Below, piece by piece: positions 1 through 8,919 of a stretch of 64,000 nt of DNA (position 1 is its first letter; each line of letters begins with the position of its first letter). Source of the stretch: Alphaproteobacteria bacterium (lineage in GTDB: Bacteria > Pseudomonadota > Alphaproteobacteria > JBFXJJ01); the NCBI GenBank assembly GCA_050175015.1, contig JBFXJJ010000013.1:1-64000 (forward strand), in the 5' to 3' direction. The position numbers and the translations under genes were made by a program. The notes under the pieces were generated by a model. That model did no database searches and had not been told where the DNA came from. It saw nothing but the letters and a program-made list of their open reading frames with translations.

Positions 1-201
1 AACAGATGAAAATTTCTTATTGCACCTAAAAGAATGTGAGTGTAGATTTAATCACAGAAAAGATAATTTTTATCTATTTATGAACCGTATCTTTTTTGAA
101 AAAATAAAAAGATACTAGTCAAGAGCCTAAATTATAATTAAAATTGCTTGTAATTATAATAAAAACAAAAGTTTAATTATAACAAAAGCGTGGGGGGACA
201 T

Positions 202-846
202 ATGAAAGTATTATTAGCAGATGACCATGCTCTATTTAGAGATGGTTTGAGGTTACAAATAGAATCTATGAGTTCTGAAACAACTTTTGCCGAGGTTTCA
301 AATTATAAAGACCTTATAGAGCTATCTAGAAAAAATGCGGCTTTTGATTTGGCTTTACTTGATTTAGATATGCCCACAATGGATTGGTTTGAGGGGCTGT
401 CAAAATTTTGTGAAAACTTTGATAAGAGCAAAATTATAATCATATCGGCATCAGAAAATCATAAAAATATTAACAAAGTTTTGGAGTTTGGTGTTGCAGG
501 ATATATTCCAAAAAGATCAGCTACCAAAGTTTTACTAAGTGCTATTAACCTTGTTTTGGACGGTGGAAAATATATTCCGCCGACAATTTTATGTGGGGTA
601 GATAGAACACATAGTAGTGATAATTACCATATTTCTGATGAAAAGCTTGAAGATGCCAGATTAACTAAACGGCAAAAACAGGTTTTATATTTTTTAGGCG
701 AAGGTTTAGCTAACAAGCAAATTGCATACAAAATGCAGCTTTCTGAGGCGACCATCAAACTGCATATTAATGCGTTGCTAAAAAATTTAGGAGTAAACAA
801 TCGTACGCAGGCTGTTTTGATTGCGCAAAAAAACGGCTTGTTATAG
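202..846 (+). CDS. NarL/LuxR-family DNA-binding response regulator
   Basis: REC domain (LLADDH..LLDLDMP..GYIPK) plus LuxR HTH (LTKRQKQVL..GLANKQIA..TIKLH). ATG at 202 follows GGGGGA; ORF track starts at 190. Confidence 0.92.
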   Translation: MKVLLADDHALFRDGLRLQIESMSSETTFAEVSNYKDLIELSRKNAAFDLALLDLDMPTMDWFEGLSKFCENFDKSKIIIISASENHKNINKVLEFGVAGYIPKRSATKVLLSAINLVLDGGKYIPPTILCGVDRTHSSDNYHISDEKLEDARLTKRQKQVLYFLGEGLANKQIAYKMQLSEATIKLHINALLKNLGVNNRTQAVLIAQKNGLL

Positions 847-1221
847 AATTATATTAAAGTTAATTAGACTTGTTTGCTTTGGATATCTAGTTGCTAGAAA
901 ACGAAATACATCGTATTCAGGGTTTTGCAGATGTATTTCTAATAAAATGGTTTTCTTGCAAAGGTCTTCTAAAAGGACTTTTTCCTTTTAGAACTTAGAG
1001 CCTATTCTTGTGTTATGTTGGGTACGCCTCGAATAGGCTCTAAGCATTTCTAATAAAATTATCATTTAAAATATCTTTTATTAGAAATAGCAATTATATG
1101 CTATCACTGATACAGTAATATTCAATATATTTTTTTGTTAATATTATGCTTGTTATTGATGACTATTTGTTAAAATACCAGAGCATATTTGATAACAACT
1201 TGTTTTTTGTACTCAAAGTAT

Positions 1222-2733
1222 TTAACAATTACTTTTTGTGCATTGTTTAGGGTTGGTTTCAACATCAAAATAGAAACAGCTTCCTTGCCCTAATTTTGAT
1301 TTTATTTTTACTTCGGTTTTGAGAATATCGGCAAGATTTTTCACGATATACAAACCAAGCCCAAATCCTTTTGATTTTTGAATCTCACCTAAGTTGATTT
1401 GTTCAAATTCTTTGAATATTAAGTTTTGTTTTTCTTCGGCAATTCCTTGCCCAGAATCGTGAATTTCTATTCGTATTTTATCGCCCTTTTTACGGCACCC
1501 TATTATAATTTTTCCTTTATCCGTATATTTTACAGCGTTGCCAACCAAGTTTCTTAAAATTCGTTCAATTAAAATAGGATCGCTGTAAATGGTTGCGCTA
1601 GAAGGTATATTCTTTATTATAATGTTTTTTTGAGAGGCTAAAACCCTGAATTCTTCAGCCAAACTAGATTTGATGATATCTAAAGAAAAAACAAATTTAT
1701 TAGGTTTTACCTTGCCAACATCAATTTGGGAAATATCTAATAGATTGTCAATTAAAGTTGCAAGATTACTTAAGGACATTGAAAGTTTAGATACTATATT
1801 TTGAGATTTTTGTTCCAGAATAGTTTCGGCGAGAGTTTTTATTAAAAGTTCCATTGCGTGTAAAGGCTGCCTGATATCATGGCTGGCACTGGCTAAAAAT
1901 CTAGTTTTTTCTTTGTTTGCTTTTTCTGATTCTTCTTTAGATTTTTTGAGCTTTATCTCTTCTTTTTTTTGGTTGGTGATATCTATTAATGTGCCAAAAA
2001 TAAGCTGTTTTTTTGTTTTATCTTCTATTTCTGATATTATGTTGCTTTGTAGATGCTTGATTTTACCGGTTGCTGTAATTATGCGAAATAAGAACTGTTT
2101 GTTGTTTTGTTCTGGTAAATTTTTAATAGAGTTTTTAAAATAAAGGAGGTCGTTTGGATGAATAAAAGAAAGAGTTTTTTTGTAATTAGGAATAAAGTCT
2201 TCGGGGCTTAACTCAAAAATATTAAACATTTCTTGTGACCAGAATATTTTATTGTTAAGCATATCCCATTCCCAGTATCCTAAATGGGTTATTCTTTCTG
2301 CTGTTGTTAGTCTTTCAATAGTTTTTCTTAAAACCTCAGCTGTGTTTTTGTCTTTTGTTATATCTCTGGCATATATTGCAATGCCATCTATTTCATCATT
2401 ATCGTTTATGATTGGGCTGTATAAACAATCAAACCATTTGTTTTTATAAAAGTAGTTTATGGTAAATTTTTTCTTGGAACTCTTTATAATATTAAAGATT
2501 CTTTGGTGAATTTTACTTGTTTCAGAAGGTAGAAAAAAGTCTATATTTTCACCGACAATTTGTTTCTCTGTCACATTAAAAGTTTTTAAACCAGCATCAT
2601 TTATAGTTTCAACAATTCCATCATTGTTGATAAGGATAATGGTTTCCATACTAAAATTTAAAAGGGCTTTTAATTTAGGATCAGCCTTAGGTATGGGTTT
2701 GATGTTTATTTCTGCTTTTTTACTTTTTATCAT
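1222..2733 (-). CDS. Cytoplasmic PAS-PAS sensor histidine kinase
   Basis: Two PAS domains, H-box ASHDIRQPL, N box NLVGNAVKYT, G boxes DSGQGI and GFGLGL; no TM segments; convergent with the regulator. Confidence 0.9.
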   Translation of the reverse strand: MIKSKKAEINIKPIPKADPKLKALLNFSMETIILINNDGIVETINDAGLKTFNVTEKQIVGENIDFFLPSETSKIHQRIFNIIKSSKKKFTINYFYKNKWFDCLYSPIINDNDEIDGIAIYARDITKDKNTAEVLRKTIERLTTAERITHLGYWEWDMLNNKIFWSQEMFNIFELSPEDFIPNYKKTLSFIHPNDLLYFKNSIKNLPEQNNKQFLFRIITATGKIKHLQSNIISEIEDKTKKQLIFGTLIDITNQKKEEIKLKKSKEESEKANKEKTRFLASASHDIRQPLHAMELLIKTLAETILEQKSQNIVSKLSMSLSNLATLIDNLLDISQIDVGKVKPNKFVFSLDIIKSSLAEEFRVLASQKNIIIKNIPSSATIYSDPILIERILRNLVGNAVKYTDKGKIIIGCRKKGDKIRIEIHDSGQGIAEEKQNLIFKEFEQINLGEIQKSKGFGLGLYIVKNLADILKTEVKIKSKLGQGSCFYFDVETNPKQCTKSNC

Positions 2734-3075
2734 ATTCCAAAGAACAATAAATTTAACAAAACAAAAAATAGAACATTTAATAGATGTTTTGCTTTTTTAT
2801 AGAATCAGGAAAAAATAAAAAACCAAAAAAATATTTTTGATTTTATTAAGTGTTCCCCCCCTTACATAAGGATATAATTTATAGTTGTTACTATCCTTTT
2901 GTATGCAACCAATAATAACAGATTTCTGGTAATCAATCAAGATATTTGATGAAGTGTTTATTTTTTAAGGATTTTTTTGCATTTTTATAAAAAAGCCAAG
3001 CAAAAGCAATATGTATACATTTTAATATATACTAAAATATATGTTAATATAGACTAAAGTTTATATTAATTTTTT

Positions 3076-4986
3076 TTAAGACATCAAATTTTTAACAGCC
3101 AAGGCAATGTTTTGAGCATCTAAACCAGCTTCAATAATTTGGTTTTCTCTAGTGTCGTGTTTTATGAATGCATCTGGTGCTGTTAAAATATCTATTTTTA
3201 AATTTTTTTCAAAAAGCTTGTTTTTTATGAGAAATTGGCAAACTTGGGAGGCAAATCCTCCAATAGCGGCTTCTTCAACTAAAAGTATATTTTGATGTTC
3301 TTTTGCGATATCTAAAATTAGTTGCGTATCAATAGGCTTGGCAAATCTAGCATCGACAACAGTAGGCGTGATATTTTCTTCTTTTAAAATTTTCACAGCT
3401 TTTAGGCATTCTGCCACAATAGTGCCGATTCCAATAATAGCTGTTTTTGAGCCTTCTTTGAGAATAACTCCTTTGCCGATATCTAAGATTCTGCCCTCTC
3501 TTAATGGTGTAGAATATTCAATAAATCCTCTAGGATATCTAAAGGATATAGCGCCGTCATTATAGGCAGCAGCAGTTGCTACCATATCAATTAATTCTTG
3601 TTGGTTTGATGGTGCCATAACAACCATATCAGGCAGATTGCTTAAGAAGCAGGTGTCATACATACCGTGATGGGTTGCTCCGTCTCCGCCAACAAATCCA
3701 GCTCGGTCTATCGCAAATTTTACAGGAAGATGCTGCAAAGCAACATCGTGAACAATTTGATCATAAGCTCTTTGCAAAAAGCTTGAATAAATAGCAATGA
3801 AGGGTTTGTAGCCCTCACATGCCAAGCCGGCGGCATAAGTTACGGCATGCTGTTCAGCTATTCCGACATCAAAGAACCTTTCGGGAAAACGTTTAGCAAA
3901 TTTATCAAGTCCAGTGCCTTCAGGCATTGCGGCGCAAATAGCAACAATTTTTGAATCTCTTTCCCCTTCTTTAATCAAAGATTGAGAAAAGATGCTGGTG
4001 AAATCTGGATTGTTTGAGTTGTTTGAAGAAATAATATTTCCAGTTTCAACATTAAACCCTGCAACCCCATGGTATTTGGTTGGAGCTTCTTCCGCAGGGG
4101 TATAGCCTTTACCTTTCTGCGTTACTACGTGAATCAAGATAGCTTCAGGACCTTTAGCTTCTTTAACATTTTTTAAAATGGGAACAAGATGGTCAAAATT
4201 ATGGCCATCAATAGGACCGACATAATAAAAACCGAGTTCTTCAAAAAGAGTACCGCCAGTAACCAGTCCTCTAGCATATTCTTCCGCTTTTTTTGCGGTT
4301 TTTTCTAAATACTTAGGGAACTTGGAAGCAATATCCATCGCAAATTGACGGAAGGATAAATAAGGTTTTGATGAAATAAGTTCAGAGAGATAGGCGCTTA
4401 ACGCCCCAACTGGCGGGGCTATTGACATATCGTTATCGTTTAGAATTACAATTAGTTTGGTATTCATTGAACCAGCATTATTCAGAGCTTCAAACGACAT
4501 TCCGCCACTCATAGAGCCATCTCCGATAACACAGATAACATTGTTATCATCGCCTTTTAAATCTCGAGCAATCGCCATTCCTAGTCCAGCAGAAATTGAA
4601 GTTGAACTATGTCCTGCTCCAAAGGGGTCAAATTCACTTTCACTGCGGCAGGTAAAACCTGAGATACCGTTTTTTTGACGTAGAGAAGGCATTGCATCTC
4701 TGCGTCCTGTGATTATTTTATGAGGGTAGCATTGATGTCCAACGTCCCATATAAGTTTATCTTTGGGGGTATTAAAAACATAATGTAAGGCTAAAGTGAG
4801 TTCAACTACGCCTAAACTGGCACCAAGATGCCCTCCTGTATTAGCAACCGAATTAATAATTTCGTTTCTAATTTCTTGCGCTAGGATAGGTAGATCTTCA
4901 ACTTTAAGCTTTCTTAAATCAACAGGGGTGTTGATGTTATCAAGAAAGGACTCTTTAGATTCTGACGGGACATTAACTGAATCCAA
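3076..4986 (-). CDS. dxs: 1-deoxy-D-xylulose-5-phosphate synthase
   Basis: [34 protein letters not shown] motif, [12 protein letters not shown]; TTG start after AAGGAG. Confidence 0.97.
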   Translation of the reverse strand: MDSVNVPSESKESFLDNINTPVDLRKLKVEDLPILAQEIRNEIINSVANTGGHLGASLGVVELTLALHYVFNTPKDKLIWDVGHQCYPHKIITGRRDAMPSLRQKNGISGFTCRSESEFDPFGAGHSSTSISAGLGMAIARDLKGDDNNVICVIGDGSMSGGMSFEALNNAGSMNTKLIVILNDNDMSIAPPVGALSAYLSELISSKPYLSFRQFAMDIASKFPKYLEKTAKKAEEYARGLVTGGTLFEELGFYYVGPIDGHNFDHLVPILKNVKEAKGPEAILIHVVTQKGKGYTPAEEAPTKYHGVAGFNVETGNIISSNNSNNPDFTSIFSQSLIKEGERDSKIVAICAAMPEGTGLDKFAKRFPERFFDVGIAEQHAVTYAAGLACEGYKPFIAIYSSFLQRAYDQIVHDVALQHLPVKFAIDRAGFVGGDGATHHGMYDTCFLSNLPDMVVMAPSNQQELIDMVATAAAYNDGAISFRYPRGFIEYSTPLREGRILDIGKGVILKEGSKTAIIGIGTIVAECLKAVKILKEENITPTVVDARFAKPIDTQLILDIAKEHQNILLVEEAAIGGFASQVCQFLIKNKLFEKNLKIDILTAPDAFIKHDTRENQIIEAGLDAQNIALAVKNLMS

Positions 4987-5025
4987 AATAATTCTCCTTC
5001 AAGAAAATCTCTAAATTTTAGAAGT

Positions 5026-5916
5026 TTAAGATTTTCTTTCAATAATATACTTAGCGACATCTCTTAACAAGTATGCTCTTTCTCCGAAAATATCAAGATT
5101 AGAGCAGGCTTGTTCAACTAAATCTTGAGCTTTTTGCTTAGCTTCCTCTAGCCCTAATAGAGAGACAAAGGTTGCCTTGCCGTGATCTTTATCTTTGCCC
5201 AGAGCTTTGCCGACAGCTTTTTCATCTCCAGTTACATCAAGAATATCATCAGCAATCTGAAAGGCGAGACCAATATCTCTAGCATAAGCTTTAAGGTGCA
5301 TAAAGGTTGAACGTGAGGCGCCACCCATAACGGCACCAGCTTCGCAGGCATAAGAAATCAGTCTCCCTGTTTTTAATTGCTGTAATCTTGTGATTTCAGC
5401 AAGGGTCATTTCAGAAAGTTCTGCTGCAAGTAAGTCCAGCATTTGCCCTGCAACCATTCCTCTGCCGCCTGCTGCTAAAGCCAAATCATTAACAAGGCGG
5501 CATCTGACATTAGCATCAGGATGGGTTTTTTTATCTGAAAGAATTTCGAAAGCTTTAGTTAGAAGACCATCTCCAGCAAGAATAGCCGTTGCTTCATCAT
5601 ATTTTTTATGAACAGTTGGCAAGCCTCGTCTTAAATCATCATTATCCATAGCAGGCAAATCATCGTGAACTAAAGAATAGCTGTGAAGTATTTCTAAAGC
5701 CGCCGCTGCTCTTACTGATAAAGAATCATCGACATTGAATAGTCTCGCACAGGTTATCAGAAGAAAGGGACGGAGTCTTTTGCCGCCATTTAAAACCGCA
5801 TAGCGCATAGCTTCTTTGATTTTTCGTTCAGGCGTTTCTGGCAGGAAGATTAGTTCTTTAAGTTCAGCCTCAACCATCTCGGCAATTTCATTCATAGCTT
5901 CTTTTAAATTATTCAT
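5026..5916 (-). CDS. ispA: Farnesyl diphosphate synthase / geranyltranstransferase
   Basis: GGKRLRP, HDDLPAMDNDDLRRG, FQIADDILD; xseB-ispA-dxs order. Confidence 0.95.
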   Translation of the reverse strand: MNNLKEAMNEIAEMVEAELKELIFLPETPERKIKEAMRYAVLNGGKRLRPFLLITCARLFNVDDSLSVRAAAALEILHSYSLVHDDLPAMDNDDLRRGLPTVHKKYDEATAILAGDGLLTKAFEILSDKKTHPDANVRCRLVNDLALAAGGRGMVAGQMLDLLAAELSEMTLAEITRLQQLKTGRLISYACEAGAVMGGASRSTFMHLKAYARDIGLAFQIADDILDVTGDEKAVGKALGKDKDHGKATFVSLLGLEEAKQKAQDLVEQACSNLDIFGERAYLLRDVAKYIIERKS

Positions 5917-5932
5917 AATTATTTCCTAGAGC

Positions 5933-6202
5933 TTAATCGGCAGGTTTGGTTTCAAAAGGTTCTAATGTAATGGCTTCACCATCTTCTGAAACCGATATTT
6001 TTTCAATTCTAAGAGAGGCATCTTTTAATTTTTCTTCACAGTGATTCTTCAAAAGAATGCCCTTTTCATAGGCATCAACTGCATCTTCAAGTTTAATTCT
6101 TCCTCCTTCTAACTGTCTTACAATATCTTCAAGAGCAGTTAGAGAATCTTCAAAACTTAAAGCTTTAATTTCTGAAAGAATTTTGTTTTGGTTCGGAGAC
6201 AT
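5933..6202 (-). CDS. xseB: Exodeoxyribonuclease VII small subunit
   Basis: LSFEDSLTALEDIVRQLEGG..LEDAVDAYEKG..C; canonical position. Confidence 0.95.
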   Translation of the reverse strand: MSPNQNKILSEIKALSFEDSLTALEDIVRQLEGGRIKLEDAVDAYEKGILLKNHCEEKLKDASLRIEKISVSEDGEAITLEPFETKPAD

Positions 6203-6324
6203 ATTTTTTCCCTAAAAATATCCTGATTTAATATTTTATTTTGTTCTTATTTTATGTATAAGATAATTATATAAAGCTTGTCGATATTTAAAATAAAATT
6301 ATCAAAAAACAGTGGAGAAATAAG

Positions 6325-7227
6325 TTGAATATTCGTTTTGGTATAGATCTTGGTGGCACTAAGACTGAAATCATTGCTTTAGGCAGTAAAGGTGAAGAAC
6401 TTCTAAGAAGAAGAATCCCTACAGTTAAAAATGATTATCAAAAAACAGTAGAAAGTATCTGTACACTGGTTTTTGATGCCGAAAAAGAGCTTGGAGCCAA
6501 AGGGACGGTTGGAATGGGTATTCCTGGAACAATTTCTCCCGCTACTGGTCTTGTTAAAAATGCTAATTCAACTTGGCTTAATGGTATGCCTTTTGACAAA
6601 GATTTATCCAATGCTCTTAATCGTCCGATTAAAATCTGCAATGATGCTGATTGTCTAGCACTTTCAGAAGCAACCGACGGCGCAGGCAAAGGCTATGATA
6701 TTGTTTGGTCTGTTATTATCGGCACAGGAGCTGGCAGCGGCATCACAGCTTACGGCAAGCTGGTTACTGGTCCTAATGCTATTGGTGGTGAATGGGGGCA
6801 TAATCCACTTCCTTGGCAGACCGAAGAGGATCAACCATTGCCTAAATGTTACTGCGGCAAACATGGCTGTAATGAAACCTTTATTTCTGGCACTGGTTTA
6901 GAAAGAGACTATGAAAAGCATAATGATAAAAAACTTAAGGCTTTTGAAATTGTTAAATTGGCTGAAGGTGGAGATAAAGCTGCTGACGAAGCTTTACAGA
7001 GATATGAAGATCGCTTAGCAAGAGCTACGGCATCTGTAATAAATGTTATTGATCCTCACGTTGTTGTTCTAGGCGGCGGCATGTCAAATTGTGAAAGACT
7101 TTATGACACTGTGCCGAAGCTTTGGCCGAAATATGTTTTTTCTGATAAGGTTGATACCATTTTAAAGAAATCGCTTCACGGTGATTCCAGCGGTGTTAGA
7201 GGCGCTGCGTGGTTGTGGCAGAATTAA
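6325..7227 (+). CDS. mak: ROK-family sugar kinase (Mak/fructokinase-like)
   Basis: GIDLGGTK, NDADC, GEWGHNPLP, CYCGKHGC Zn motif, HGDSSGVRGAAWLW end. Confidence 0.88.
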   Translation: MNIRFGIDLGGTKTEIIALGSKGEELLRRRIPTVKNDYQKTVESICTLVFDAEKELGAKGTVGMGIPGTISPATGLVKNANSTWLNGMPFDKDLSNALNRPIKICNDADCLALSEATDGAGKGYDIVWSVIIGTGAGSGITAYGKLVTGPNAIGGEWGHNPLPWQTEEDQPLPKCYCGKHGCNETFISGTGLERDYEKHNDKKLKAFEIVKLAEGGDKAADEALQRYEDRLARATASVINVIDPHVVVLGGGMSNCERLYDTVPKLWPKYVFSDKVDTILKKSLHGDSSGVRGAAWLWQN

Positions 7228-7304
7228 ATTTATAAAAAATAACGATATATTAATAAACAGCAAATAAACTTACCTACAAAGGCTTTTTTATAGGTATAGG
7301 TAAG

Positions 7305-7904
7305 ATGGGTGCTGCCTCAAAAAAAATAGATAAATCGTTAGTTACGGAAGAAATAGTTTCGATTCTTAGAAAAAACTACTGCCATAATAACAATTTTTAT
7401 TATCACGATGACTTCAGCAATGGCTATGAACTTGCTCATAACATTATGAAGGAGATGGTTGGCTTTGCCGAATACCAAAACAAGAAAGATATTAATAAAA
7501 ACATAGGTTTAATAAGTTTTGATGAGCTTTGCAGATATTTAAACCACGTTTCTGGTCAATTTGTAGTTCTTACCTTAGATGTTTACGGGCTTGATTTTTT
7601 AGGACGAAATTTTGGTCAGAATGCGATTAACTATGTTTTGAAAAAAGTGGTAGAAATAGCCTATACACATATCGATGCTGTAAATAAATGTTGTCTGGAC
7701 GAGAACGGCAAATTGGTCTTTTTGTTAGAAGAGGCGCATTGCAATAATCCAGAAATGCGAGCTCGAAAAATTATATCAGCGATTAATAGCACAATGGTTT
7801 TTACGCATAATCATCTCTTCACGGTAAAAGTTGGTGCTGATATTTTTGCCGCCCAAACATCAAAAGAAGCTCAAAAGTACTTGTTGGAAGACGGCAAGAT
7901 TTAA
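7305..7904 (+). CDS. Hypothetical protein, possible degenerate GGDEF-fold domain
   Basis: C-half resembles the diguanylate-cyclase fold (LTLDVYGLDFLGRNFGQNAINYVLKKV..ARKIISAI..VKVGA) but has DENGK where GG(D/E)EF is expected. Confidence 0.5.
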   Translation: MGAASKKIDKSLVTEEIVSILRKNYCHNNNFYYHDDFSNGYELAHNIMKEMVGFAEYQNKKDINKNIGLISFDELCRYLNHVSGQFVVLTLDVYGLDFLGRNFGQNAINYVLKKVVEIAYTHIDAVNKCCLDENGKLVFLLEEAHCNNPEMRARKIISAINSTMVFTHNHLFTVKVGADIFAAQTSKEAQKYLLEDGKI

Positions 7905-8621
7905 ACTTTGCCATTTTGGTTTAAACGTAAGGCAAAAATAAACACTTTATTTTCAATAAGTTTATCGAGCGTATCTTATCTAGTTGTGCGTCATTGTTTT
8001 AGATGTACGCTATTGCTTTTGCTTTGCGGCAAGTTTTAGCAGACGATTGTTGCTTTTATAAGGATAAAATCAAATTTTTTTTACATCAATTATAAAAGAT
8101 ACAATTAAACACAAAAAATTCTAATTCCTACGATTTTATTAAGCTGAAAAAATAAAATTCATATAAGTGGATATTTTAAGATGGTGTTTATTACAAAACA
8201 GCAACAAGACTCGGAATAGTGTTACAATATTTTAATAATAAAAAACACTATTTTACAGTATTTTATGGTATTTATGAAAGATAATAATAACCATAGTTAG
8301 GATATAATTGAGTTATTGTCAAAAACAGCAAACCTATAATTTTATAATTACTAAACATAGTCTTGCCCTTTCATAAAGTGTTTTAAATAAAATTTGTTTT
8401 TTATTTATCTTTATTTTGCATTAGTTTCAACGCTATTGCAAGAAGAAAAAATAATATATCTTATAAAGGTTTTAGTGAGGAATAGATAAGAAGATAGTAT
8501 CTTTTTTTAGCTTTATGACCCTAAAAAGGATGTTTAGCAAGGGATGTTAGGCAAAAATGACTAAAAGTATCAAAAAAATAACTTGTTGATTTAACTTGAT
8601 ATTTTATTTTTTAATTTTATC

Positions 8622-8641
8622 GGGTAACAAAAGGGTAACAA
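8622..8641. promoter_or_regulatory. Tandem direct repeat with 11-bp period, candidate regulator site
   Basis: GGGTAACAA-AA-GGGTAACAA; a related pair GGTAGCA-N4-GGTAGCA lies at 8735-8752. Confidence 0.35.
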
Positions 8642-8919
8642 TCAGATTGTAAAAATGCGGCTAAAAAGCTAATATTTTTTTGCTTAATATATTGATAAAT
8701 AATATTTTATTATAATTAATGCTATCAATTTATGGGTAGCAAATAGGTAGCATTTTCAAGCTGAAAACAGCTTAAAACAAAAATTTTAGTAAAAAGTAAG
8801 TTTTTTAAGTAACTGATATTTATATATTTTTTTGCATATACTCCTAGTTAAAAACCTTTAATTGGACACTGTATCCTAACTATGGTTATGCTCAGACAGC
8901 AATAACGAATTGTACGCAG

